Part shown: in pieces, positions 37,501-47,365 of the stretch
Layout: each line of letters opens with the position of its first letter
Numbering within the stretch: position 1 is the stretch's first letter
DNA from: Schizochytrium sp. TIO01
Lineage: Eukaryota; Protista; Bigyra: Labyrinthulomycetes
Direction: 5' to 3'
Length of the DNA stretch: 64,000 nucleotides
Assembly (NCBI GenBank): GCA_004764695.1
Contig: SMSO01000025.1
Location: 2,604,001-2,668,000 of the forward strand
Translations under genes and position numbers: made by a program
The notes under the pieces: generated by a model
The model's database searches: none
What the model saw: only the letters and a program-made list of their open reading frames with translations
Told to the model about the DNA's origin: nothing

Positions 37501-37973
37501 CGATAAATGGAGCCTGAGTTTGTGATGAATTGCGAGATTACACTTAACTTCAAACTTATAAATACGCGAAGAAGTTTTCTTACAAAATGGCCCTCTCCAG
37601 GTTCAAGAGAAAGAAGTGATGAAAGGCTGTAGTTCTGGAGAACTTACGGATGCAGCAAGAGACCTCATAAATCTCAAAGAGAAGACTTTTAGGTGGACCT
37701 ATGCATTGGTTTTTATAACAATAAATAATAATAAAACTACCAACACTTTACAGTTCCATCCAGAAAATAGAGAATAAAGGCCCTGGACATAAGGGACTGC
37801 AAAGAAAACAAAGCAAAACGCTTTGAGACCATACAAGAAACCTTTTCGAGGTTTTTCGTGAACATCCTTGCGTCTCTGGGTTAGCCCAGATCGCATTTGG
37901 CTCTGGCGATTGCTCCAGAGTTGAAAGGGTGTGGGTGATCTTGCGTAGAGCTCCTCTACAGCAAAATCACACA

Positions 37974-40900
37974 ATGACATTTAATTGGATAGGGCGCCCA
38001 AAGAGATGGGGTTGCCTAATTTTGACGCTATGTGCTGCGACATTCTGGAGCAATAGCGTCCAGGCCGAGATTGTAACAATTGCAGGTGAATCACATGTGG
38101 ATAACTGGGATGATGATTCCGGCGAGGATTCAAGTTTCGATATTCCAGAGCTCCATTCACTTGAGGAACTTGAAAGCATCTGCTCAGACATGGTTATGCC
38201 AGAATGTACTCAAAATGGTACTATTCGTAAGGTTGTTGTTGTTTTAGATACAAGTAAATCTCTCTTCAGGCCGTGGATGTACACTGATGCGATGGTGTAT
38301 ATTCAGAAGCTTGCTTGTTCCTTGACTCGGCATCCTGCAAGTAAGATTGGCCTTGTAACATTTGGAGAAGATGTGGTTGAGCGTGTTCCTCTTTCTAATT
38401 ACTCGAATGCAAATTGGGCTTATGAGGTGGAGAAGGCCTTGCGCTCAGATGCAGATCTTGGACGCATGTGTTGTTCACCACTTGCAGAAGCCTTGGAAAT
38501 GTCTAAGAGCATCTTCAATTCCGAGATTTCGTCCTCAGAAGGTAAAGATCAAGACGACTCCGAGGATGTCCATGAAATTGTGATTGTTATTAGTGACGGA
38601 TTGGTCTACCCTAATGAAGAATTCTATAGCTATAATGGCACAAGCTACCTATCAACGTCTTACACTCCTGACCAATACCGAATGGTCACTGTGCCTACAG
38701 TTGCAAACGAGCTAAGTCATCTTGGTGTTGACATTATGTTTGTGGGACAGTCTAATAAACGCGGTTTTGGTCCAGATACGGACTGGGTTCTAGGACAACT
38801 TGAAGGATATTGTGTTGGCGATACATGCTTTGAAGCAAATAAGCCAATTGTGACGTCTCCATATGACACATTCGCTCTTTTTCCTGGTCAAATTATCTCA
38901 AACTCAGATGCCTCGATGTCTGTTCCTCTTCCTGAGTGGAGCGATCCTTCGAGTCTTGCAGAGGTAACGCTTCAGAAGCTTTGTGAAGATGAAATCGGTC
39001 CTGACGACGACGACGACGACGATGATGATGATGATGATAGCAGCGATTCCTACTCTTCCTCGTATAGCGGTGATGACAATAGCAATGACGACGATGACAA
39101 CGACGACGACGACGACGATAACGATAACGATGATAATGATGATGATGATGATGATGATGATGATGGTGATTATAATGATGATGATTATAATTATTCCTCT
39201 CAAGGTACTAATAATGGCGATGAATACAGCACTGACAGTAAATCAGCAAAATCCCACCGCCGGGCACAGTCTGAAACTGAAGAAGATTTATGTGCTAGAG
39301 AACCTCGAGATCTAATTGTGGTTCTTGATGCAAGCTCCTCAATTTCGCCTAAAACATTTTATGGATCCATGTTAACAATTGCGCAGTCGGCTCTTACTTT
39401 AGTTCAAGAGCGACATCCAGATGCCCAAACCCGTCTCATTGCACTGGGTCAAGATATCGAGGAGCTCTTGCCTTTGGAAACACGTTCTAAGATCAGCATA
39501 GAAAATGCAATCGAAGATCTTCGCACACGCCAAGAGTTGCCATTTGCCTGTTGCTCGCCATTTGCTCTCATGTTTGAAGAGATCACTGATGACTTGTCTG
39601 CACGAGGGAACATAAATAACCAGCCGTTTGTACTGATAATCAGTGATGGTGATCCATATCAAAACGTCCACGAAAACGAAGAATATGAATACTTGGCACA
39701 GTCAAAACTTGATCGTGCGGAGTATCTTGCAAAACAAATTCCTCGGTCAGCGTGGACTCTTAAGGACGAGCAAGACGCTATCATTGCATTTGTAGGAGTG
39801 CCTAATCGTGAAGGGGAGCCTGCGAATGTTGATTACTTTACTGAAGAAGCTTTAGTAAGCTCAATTTGTTCATCAACTCAGGTTGCATGCTACAATCAGG
39901 AGGTGCCAATCGCCTCAGAACCAACTTCAACTTTTGCAGTCAGCATTAGCAATAGTTCAACAAGTTTGAGTGAGTTTCTTTCTGAAAAGATGGAGAATAT
40001 GCTATGTAACACCACAGCTACTCCTTTATACGAAAACTACCCGAACTTTATTCCCGTGGATCCGGAAGATGACAGTGACAGTGTTTCTGAAGTAAGACAC
40101 GTGGTTTCGCGAAGGTCTGAACGCCGATCAAAGCGAAACGCCCGTCTTGCTGCTAAGTCTCTGGAAGCGCAACTAGATAGCCTCTTAAATGGCCTTGACG
40201 ACCCAGGGGTACAAGGCAAATCTCCGCGCGACCTTGTTGTATTACTTGATACCTCAGCCAACATGGGTGAGACTGGTCTTCCAACAGCAGTCTTACGAAT
40301 CGTATTAGAATTGGTGCGTACTATAGATCCTGAAGATGGTAGTCAGTTTGGACTCATTATGTTTGACCAATTCATCACTAATTCTGGAATTCTCCCTCTC
40401 TCGTCCAACTCGACAGAGGAGACAATGCTCAAAGCTCTAGCTCTCATGAATAACTATCCATGCTGCCAGGAGACACGAGCTTCTGTGCTGGCAGAAGCAT
40501 TTCGTAAGGCAAGGCAAATGCTAACACAGAGCTCAAAGCGAAACACAAACGAACAGCTCGTCGTTGTACTTACGGCTTCTAACCCATATCGATCTACACA
40601 TTGGACCATGCACTATGCTCAAGATGATCAAGCACGCTATATGGCCCGTTCAGTCCCACTTGAAGGCCGCGCTCTTGTTGAGAATGGTGTACGTGTCATT
40701 GTTGCTGGAGGACCGGACTCAGACAACGAGCTCGTTGTTAATAGAGCATACTTCAGCGGTGCACTTGGTTCTGATTATCAGTTTTGCCATGCCGGACGCT
40801 GCTTCACATACCAAGGAAGCGTTGTTTCTTCCCCTGTTGATGAGAATCTTGTTCTTGTGGACGCTTGGGGCACGCATACTTTCGCAAGCAAAATTCTGCC

Positions 40901-41540
40901 GCTTCTAAGTATTGGCACTGCTCAGCCAACTGTTGCACCGACCCCTGTCTCGGTACCCAAAAGTAAATCAAACACGGCGCACGTCGTGTTTGTCTTGGAC
41001 GACTCAGTTTCGTATGCTGAGCACCAGCTTCATCTAAGTCAGCTTCAGGCCATGCAAACGGTTCTGGATAAGTATCCTCTTTTACTTACCACATCTGTAT
41101 ACACATCTAGTTGTTTTGGTGGTATGAAAATATTACTCAAGAGAGGCACTCCGACACAGCTCGAGTCTTTACTGCAAGACCTTGAAGACGAGCCTCTCAC
41201 TTTAGCAAACAGCACGGCCTACCGATGCTTCTCCCCTATGCTGATTCGAGCCAGGGAAATTACAAATGGGTCGAAACTTGAAACTTCCCCATTAAGTGTT
41301 GTGTATCTCACTGGCCGAACTGGGCGCTTAGTGGACCTTGCTGCAGCAGAAGAACTCACGAGACGTTTGCCTCATTCACGAGATGGATTTAAGCTTTTGG
41401 GATTCATTCCTGGCGATGGTGACTCAGCTGGGCTGCGCTTGACATCAGACCTTTGGAAAATTGCAATGCCAGTTGTCCAAACAAACGCCGAGGTTGCGAC
41501 CTTAATTGATGGAATGATCATGTCTAGCACTTCCTGGTAA
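37974..41540 (+). CDS. Secreted protein with four von Willebrand A domains and a poly-Asp segment
   Basis: Signal-peptide-like N-terminus (CLILTLCAATFWSNSVQA). Four vWA beta1 motifs: VVVLDTSKS, IVVLDASSS, VVLLDTSAN and VFVLDDSVS. ISDG motifs in domains 1-2 and a QPTVAPTP linker. No C-terminal TM segment seen. Confidence 0.85.
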   Translation: MTFNWIGRPKRWGCLILTLCAATFWSNSVQAEIVTIAGESHVDNWDDDSGEDSSFDIPELHSLEELESICSDMVMPECTQNGTIRKVVVVLDTSKSLFRPWMYTDAMVYIQKLACSLTRHPASKIGLVTFGEDVVERVPLSNYSNANWAYEVEKALRSDADLGRMCCSPLAEALEMSKSIFNSEISSSEGKDQDDSEDVHEIVIVISDGLVYPNEEFYSYNGTSYLSTSYTPDQYRMVTVPTVANELSHLGVDIMFVGQSNKRGFGPDTDWVLGQLEGYCVGDTCFEANKPIVTSPYDTFALFPGQIISNSDASMSVPLPEWSDPSSLAEVTLQKLCEDEIGPDDDDDDDDDDDDSSDSYSSSYSGDDNSNDDDDNDDDDDDNDNDDNDDDDDDDDDGDYNDDDYNYSSQGTNNGDEYSTDSKSAKSHRRAQSETEEDLCAREPRDLIVVLDASSSISPKTFYGSMLTIAQSALTLVQERHPDAQTRLIALGQDIEELLPLETRSKISIENAIEDLRTRQELPFACCSPFALMFEEITDDLSARGNINNQPFVLIISDGDPYQNVHENEEYEYLAQSKLDRAEYLAKQIPRSAWTLKDEQDAIIAFVGVPNREGEPANVDYFTEEALVSSICSSTQVACYNQEVPIASEPTSTFAVSISNSSTSLSEFLSEKMENMLCNTTATPLYENYPNFIPVDPEDDSDSVSEVRHVVSRRSERRSKRNARLAAKSLEAQLDSLLNGLDDPGVQGKSPRDLVVLLDTSANMGETGLPTAVLRIVLELVRTIDPEDGSQFGLIMFDQFITNSGILPLSSNSTEETMLKALALMNNYPCCQETRASVLAEAFRKARQMLTQSSKRNTNEQLVVVLTASNPYRSTHWTMHYAQDDQARYMARSVPLEGRALVENGVRVIVAGGPDSDNELVVNRAYFSGALGSDYQFCHAGRCFTYQGSVVSSPVDENLVLVDAWGTHTFASKILPLLSIGTAQPTVAPTPVSVPKSKSNTAHVVFVLDDSVSYAEHQLHLSQLQAMQTVLDKYPLLLTTSVYTSSCFGGMKILLKRGTPTQLESLLQDLEDEPLTLANSTAYRCFSPMLIRAREITNGSKLETSPLSVVYLTGRTGRLVDLAAAEELTRRLPHSRDGFKLLGFIPGDGDSAGLRLTSDLWKIAMPVVQTNAEVATLIDGMIMSSTSW
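39003..39192 (+). repeat. Coding (GAY/AAY)n trinucleotide repeat encoding poly-Asp/Asn
   Basis: Runs of GAC and GAT interspersed with AAC/AAT, in frame within the vWA gene. Confidence 0.95.
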
Positions 41541-42552
41541 TGCATTTGTACTGCAGCAAGATACCATGGTAGTACGCTTACATATAGTAACCATAATTAT
41601 AGAAGCCCACGACAAGGTAGGTAGGTTCAGGCCTTACCTTTCACCCCCCTCTTTGAATCAATTTACATTTTGCAGAAACGCTCCCAGATTTATATTTACC
41701 GAATTTAATTCTTCTTAAACTGATTTGACATCTCCAAATACATACGCCGATTCACAATGCAGATTTTTCGAACAACAGTGTCATCCGCTATCTCCATTGT
41801 TTGCAATTACCGTCCTGCTATGACTACTTTGATTCCTTCTTCTCTACTCATTACATAAATTGATAGTCATCAGACACTGAAAGCAGCCTTGGAACTGAGG
41901 GCGGCCATAGCTCAGACTGACATTCAGCAATTATGATTTTCAGGCCAAAGACGCCAGCCTGTACCTAACATGGGCTTTCTGCGCACCTCTCCGATCCAGA
42001 TATATAAAGCTCAGCCCTTTTGGGTTTTAAGTCACCTTGTATCAAGGCTGTTTTCTCGGTACAATCTTTCGTCAGGTGTTACGATTTCTTCTTCTACTAC
42101 TGCTTATTCTTTGTAGTTTCTTTAACATCTACTGGTAACACAGTTCGAATATATGGATATATGGATTGCCATGTCCTCGGAGTGGACACAACCGACTTTT
42201 AATTTGTCCTTTCTGCGCACCATAGCGTGCTTTGATAGTCAGAATCATCTTTAAGTTTCAAGTGTCCGATTCTCCACGAAATCACAAAAGCTGTTGCATC
42301 GACGTTGCGTTCTTAAGTACCTTTTAAGAACAGATCAAAACAAAGAATATAGGAGTAAACATACAAAACCAAAAGAAAAGGAAATACTTAGGTACTAGCA
42401 CCACATACCTAATTGCTAATCATCTGAGCCAAAGAAAGAAGTTTAAGAGAAAGAAAAACTGGTTTTTGGCCAAGTGAGATTCGTGACATCCGAGTCTCAA
42501 AGCCCAAATCCGGCGACATCTGCGTCATTCCTGGAGGCACACGTGTCTAACA

Positions 42553-44244
42553 ATGCTCGAGGAGTCTCCTCCTGGTATGGAGCCTCACGATGTGGATAGT
42601 CCAAGCAAGTCAGAGCGCCGCCACGGGTCTTCCCTTGTTGGCTCTGCTCGAGCACGAGGCATCTTGCGGTCCCCCTGGCGCCTACGGCTCGGCGTAAGAC
42701 CTCTTTTACGCTTGAGGTTTCTCCCATGGGCGTTTAGAGAGCTCTCATTCTTGCAGCTCCTAATTCTTTCTATGAGTGTTGGCGCACTTTGCGTCATAAT
42801 CGCTAGTGACTCTTTACCATGGTTGTCAGAATCGTACTGTGCGTCGCATACACGAAAACCGTTCTGTGATCGGCTTGCGTTTCGCATGGCCAAGGCCGGC
42901 CGTCATTTGGGAGGCCCTCTACAGTTCCTCACAGCTGTAAACTTCATCCTTGTTTGCCGCAAACCCATATATGCGCTTACTGGAATCTCCATCGAGCGAC
43001 TTGCCAAATGGCACCGCTGGACAGGCCAACTCGTCACCGTTGGCTCAGTACTGCACGGGTGCTGCTATTACAACGGTTGGGTAAATCTTGGTGTTTTTGG
43101 AGAGAAATTCTTTAAGCGCAAGAACGCTGCAGGTACACTAGCGCTGTGCGCGCTTTTTACCATCTGGTTGCTGAGTCTAGAGACCATCCGCCGCAACACA
43201 TATCAAGTATTCTATCGTGCCCATGTCGTCCTCGTGCCCATTTACGTAGGAGCTTTATTTTTCCACTATGAAGCAGCTCAATTTGCTTTCGTCATGTGTG
43301 TGCCTCTGGTGCTCTTTATTGGCGACAAATTGGTGCGAGGCCGAGCAGCATACCGTCTTCCCTGGCGCATTTCGAGCGTGCATCGCATTGGTGAAGATTC
43401 CCTTCGGCTTTGCCTGGAGCCTGCTCCGAGTGACGGCACCCGGGTCCTTTCTTTGCCTAAGTTCGCACCCTCAGCATGGGTCTCAGTAAATATTCCATTG
43501 CTCTCGCAATACCAAACGCACCCTTTCAGTGTATGTAACTCCAAAATGGTGCAGCGGAAAGCTGGTGCTGATGTGGAGAAGGAGCCACCTGCAGCCCTAA
43601 TGTTGTACTTGAGAGCGCCACGAGGTGCGGGTGTCTGGACTCGTGAAGCAGTTCTCCGCCACAAGGAGCTAATGAATGCCCAAGCTTTTATTGATGGTCC
43701 TTACGGAGGACTGGAGCTGCCTCTTCCATTAAATGCCTATGATGCAATTGTTTTTGCTGCTGGTGGAATTGGTATCACACCATTGCTTCCAATATTTGAT
43801 GAGCTCTTAGAAGGTGGTTCTATGGTCGGCGTGCCGATTATCTTTGTTTTCACAACCAGCGACTCGAGCTTAATCCAGGAGTTTAAGCCCGCGTTACAAG
43901 ATATTGCTCATCTCAGTCCTGCTGCCCAAGTTCGGATTCACTTCACTGATGAAAGAGGGATCTACCCCCCACCTCCCGATCAAAGTAAAGCACAAGTAGA
44001 GATTGCTCAAGGTGACGCTGAAGCAGTTGTTATGCAAGTTGAAGATGTCGAGGTCTCACATGAACGTCCTATGTTTGAAGCTTCTGCTGCCGATGTGCTT
44101 GCCGGTCTTGGCACTGGGTCCTTAATTGCGGCGCTTTGCTGCGGCCCAGATTCGATGGAAACAACTTTCATGCAGGCTGTTTCTATGACTGCACACGCGC
44201 AAAATGTCCGCGTCCATTACCATCGCGAAGGATTTGGCCTTTAG
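42553..44244 (+). CDS. Ferric reductase-like transmembrane flavocytochrome (FRE/NOX superfamily)
   Basis: Two heme His pairs (WHRWTG...LHG and AHVV...FHY, each H-x13-H), FAD motif QTHPFS, IDGPYG, NADPH motifs AAGGIGITP and CCGP..M, and terminal HREGF. Confidence 0.93.
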   Translation: MLEESPPGMEPHDVDSPSKSERRHGSSLVGSARARGILRSPWRLRLGVRPLLRLRFLPWAFRELSFLQLLILSMSVGALCVIIASDSLPWLSESYCASHTRKPFCDRLAFRMAKAGRHLGGPLQFLTAVNFILVCRKPIYALTGISIERLAKWHRWTGQLVTVGSVLHGCCYYNGWVNLGVFGEKFFKRKNAAGTLALCALFTIWLLSLETIRRNTYQVFYRAHVVLVPIYVGALFFHYEAAQFAFVMCVPLVLFIGDKLVRGRAAYRLPWRISSVHRIGEDSLRLCLEPAPSDGTRVLSLPKFAPSAWVSVNIPLLSQYQTHPFSVCNSKMVQRKAGADVEKEPPAALMLYLRAPRGAGVWTREAVLRHKELMNAQAFIDGPYGGLELPLPLNAYDAIVFAAGGIGITPLLPIFDELLEGGSMVGVPIIFVFTTSDSSLIQEFKPALQDIAHLSPAAQVRIHFTDERGIYPPPPDQSKAQVEIAQGDAEAVVMQVEDVEVSHERPMFEASAADVLAGLGTGSLIAALCCGPDSMETTFMQAVSMTAHAQNVRVHYHREGFGL

Positions 44245-44908
44245 TTAATATATAATTTGAGAGTGAAGAAATTTCGTAGTTTGTTTTAGTTTCTGGGTTT
44301 GCAATTTGAAGCACCTGAATTTGAGATTCGTGCTCCCGTAAATATCCTCAGTACAGTCAATAGAGCCTCGTTTACAACAATGGCCACTACTCTCGGGACA
44401 TTTATTTCCATAGTTTACATTGTACGAAGGATGATTGTAGTTATGACCACACTCTAACTTTCGCCAATTTAACAACTCGATGCTTTCTGTTTCCATCGTT
44501 GCTCTTGTATAATATTTACAATAAATCAATCACGAGTGGGTCTTTCGACGGTCTTGTACACTCCATTGAATGTAGCAGCTCCATCTGGGAAAGCGTCACT
44601 TTCGGTTGTAGTAGGTGCCACACAAGTTTTGTTTAATGCAGTCGGGACTGCACACGTTGGTAATACCGAGGTACATAATAATAGCTCATAAGAGGTCTTA
44701 AAGGAAAAAAACAAAATCAATACAAAATCACAGCTGTAGAACCGTATCTTGTGCGCCAAAATACGAGGCTGCGCCTGGACGGAGTCCGAAGCGGCCGCAG
44801 GCCTTGTGGGCCTGAATAATCGTTGGTATTGAGCACTTGGACACTTTTAGTTTTTCTGTTCTATAGTCGCTCTTGGGGTCTTCTAGTTATTCGTTTCGGT
44901 TGTCCACG

Positions 44909-47041
44909 ATGGAGGCCCTCTTCGTGTTCAACCGCAAAATTGGGTCCACAGATGAGGCTGCGACTTTTGCGGAGCGCACAGAGAGTCTGCTTTTTTATTC
45001 CTCTACGTGTGGAGATGCCCTAGAAGAGCAACTTGAGCGACTCAGCATGTGCGAGGCTTTTATTGACTTGTGTAGAAGTTTCGACGCAAAGGCTCCCTGC
45101 GAAGCGGTATTCTTGGACAATCATGCTTATGCAATGTACGAATGTGAACCAGATACTTGGATTGTGGTGTGCTGTACATCTCGTTTAGGAGACATGAATG
45201 AGGAGGAGCTGGTGAACTTGACAAGTTCGGCATTCGCTACGTTTCTGTACCGTCCTCCAGCGATGCCGATCAGTTCGAAAAAGTCACCAATTGGCAAGCT
45301 CCCTTTTCGTCGCAATACATCGCACGCATCTATGCTTAAACGGCAGACAAAGAGCCAAGGAGCAGGAGTCAGTGCCAAAGATTCTGATGATATTCGTATC
45401 GTAGAGACTGCGGACCCTAGCGTCAATGTTCTCCGCGCGTTGCTGCATCGAGTCTACAAACTTTTCTTGCTGTACCATGGTCCAATATCATTGTTATTGT
45501 GGCCAGAAGGATCAGAGGACGTCCCAGCCGGACTAAAGGAGCTTCGCAAAATATTGCGAAAAACACGGCATCTACAGGAGCTCGTTGACGAAGGAGACTT
45601 GAATCCTGACCCAGAGCAGGCTAAATTACTTCGGGAAAGAGAGACTAATGAAGATAGATTAGCGTCCATGCTAGCCAAGTCTACCGCTGACCGTGTTCGC
45701 GAGAATATGGCTTCCTTTTTACCAGCTCTTTTAGCTCAGGTGGATTTTTCTCGCTTGCATTTACTCTATGAAGACTTTGCCCTTCCGTTCGCACCTCTTG
45801 AGAAAGACGTTATGGTGTCTGTACAATTGTTGATGGATCGTCTACAATTTTCTTTTTCTCCTCGTGTACAAAAGTGTGCATTGATTCGCGCTGGGGAAGT
45901 TATATGGAGTTCATTACCGATGGCCATGATGCGAAGCATCTACATGCTTCTCGACATAATATTGTATGAAAGAACTGGTACACCGACTTCGGTTTCAGCA
46001 ACAGGTTCGCGCTCTCGTATACAAGGAAGCCGTCTGGCGACTGCAGATGGTGATCTTGGCGAGGCCGATAGTGGACTCGCAAACCGGCATTCCTATCCTC
46101 TCAGCCCAGGTTTTCTACGACTGGGTAGCACAGGGGAGCTCAATGAACACTCACGTCCTATAGACAGCACGGAGGTTTATTTTCCCGCCTTATTCCACGC
46201 AGAAGATAATGTTTTCCAGAGGGTAGCAGCGTATGGCCTCGATGATACAATTATGGTTGTGCTTTTGCCACACACTGAACGAAGAATAATGCAGCCCTTG
46301 GAAAGATCAACTAGTCCTGAGTGGAACAAGATCAAACTTTTAGACTTTGCTGGTCAGCTAGAAGGTTTTCTCCATAAGGAAATGGTAAACTTAGTGCATT
46401 TGCTTTCAGATGGCAAGTCCACACTCACTGAGCAAGGATCTCCGCAAGTTACTTGGGGCACTGTGTCAGGGTCGCTTAGCTCGTCTTCTCGACAAGATGG
46501 CCAGTCAACAGCTGGATCTTTCAGTGCATCGAGTGTTGAGCCGAATTTAATTTCAAGAGCTGGGTGGCAATTTGGTCAAGGGGGATTGCAAGTTATGACA
46601 CAACCCCGAAGCTTGGGAAAGAGCATTCGAGGACCAGGAGGCTATGGCGCATCTACGACTGAGCAAGGGGAGTTCTACTTGTATTTGAATGAGAGTAGCA
46701 ATGTGGTGACGATTTCTGAAGCATGGTTGAGTACTTTGAGCCGCCCGAATGCAATTTCCTACCCGTCAAATCATGATATTGGCTTGCTTTTCTCGTCTAA
46801 CCTTATTACAGCAATGAACTCAGCGAGGCATGAATTCTCAGCAGATACAACAAAGTGTATGTTAATCATTGAGTTTGTTTGTCCTAATACATGTCAGCAT
46901 CAGCCAGGATGCTGGCTTGTTGCTATGAAGTCTGGGTCAAGACAAGTTTTCCTTATAGTTGACCCAAAACACTCATTCGAGCATGTTAGCCACCGTTCTC
47001 GTGTACTTCGAGAGACTGCCTTCAGTTCTATTTTGCTCTAA
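44909..47041 (+). CDS. CCZ1: Vacuolar fusion protein CCZ1-like (Mon1-Ccz1 Rab7 GEF subunit)
   Basis: First longin domain signature LFVFN..., LLFY, EQL..L.MCEAFI...RSF, PCEAV.L, YECEPDTWIV, and YKLF.L.HG. First ATG at 44909. Confidence 0.85.
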   Translation: MEALFVFNRKIGSTDEAATFAERTESLLFYSSTCGDALEEQLERLSMCEAFIDLCRSFDAKAPCEAVFLDNHAYAMYECEPDTWIVVCCTSRLGDMNEEELVNLTSSAFATFLYRPPAMPISSKKSPIGKLPFRRNTSHASMLKRQTKSQGAGVSAKDSDDIRIVETADPSVNVLRALLHRVYKLFLLYHGPISLLLWPEGSEDVPAGLKELRKILRKTRHLQELVDEGDLNPDPEQAKLLRERETNEDRLASMLAKSTADRVRENMASFLPALLAQVDFSRLHLLYEDFALPFAPLEKDVMVSVQLLMDRLQFSFSPRVQKCALIRAGEVIWSSLPMAMMRSIYMLLDIILYERTGTPTSVSATGSRSRIQGSRLATADGDLGEADSGLANRHSYPLSPGFLRLGSTGELNEHSRPIDSTEVYFPALFHAEDNVFQRVAAYGLDDTIMVVLLPHTERRIMQPLERSTSPEWNKIKLLDFAGQLEGFLHKEMVNLVHLLSDGKSTLTEQGSPQVTWGTVSGSLSSSSRQDGQSTAGSFSASSVEPNLISRAGWQFGQGGLQVMTQPRSLGKSIRGPGGYGASTTEQGEFYLYLNESSNVVTISEAWLSTLSRPNAISYPSNHDIGLLFSSNLITAMNSARHEFSADTTKCMLIIEFVCPNTCQHQPGCWLVAMKSGSRQVFLIVDPKHSFEHVSHRSRVLRETAFSSILL

Positions 47042-47365
47042 TAAACTGGTAGCAACTCTCATTTGAGATCTTATTTGTTTTGGTGTATGAGAAAAGGTAT
47101 GGAGTTCGCAGAGAAAACATAATAGATTTTCTAACCCGCCATCTCCTCGGAACACCTACCGTGCCAAGTATTTCAGGTTAGGAAAACCATTTCGCTATAA
47201 TCTGAAAGAAAAACTACAACAAGAATGAAACTGTAATTGATCTTATATGTCCTTTGCAATAAGCTTGCTGTTAAAATACAAAAATACAAATAATATATTT
47301 CAGCGATGAGGTTTCTGCGCAATGTAGCCATGCTAAAAATGATTTTAATGGTGCTACAACCAAGT

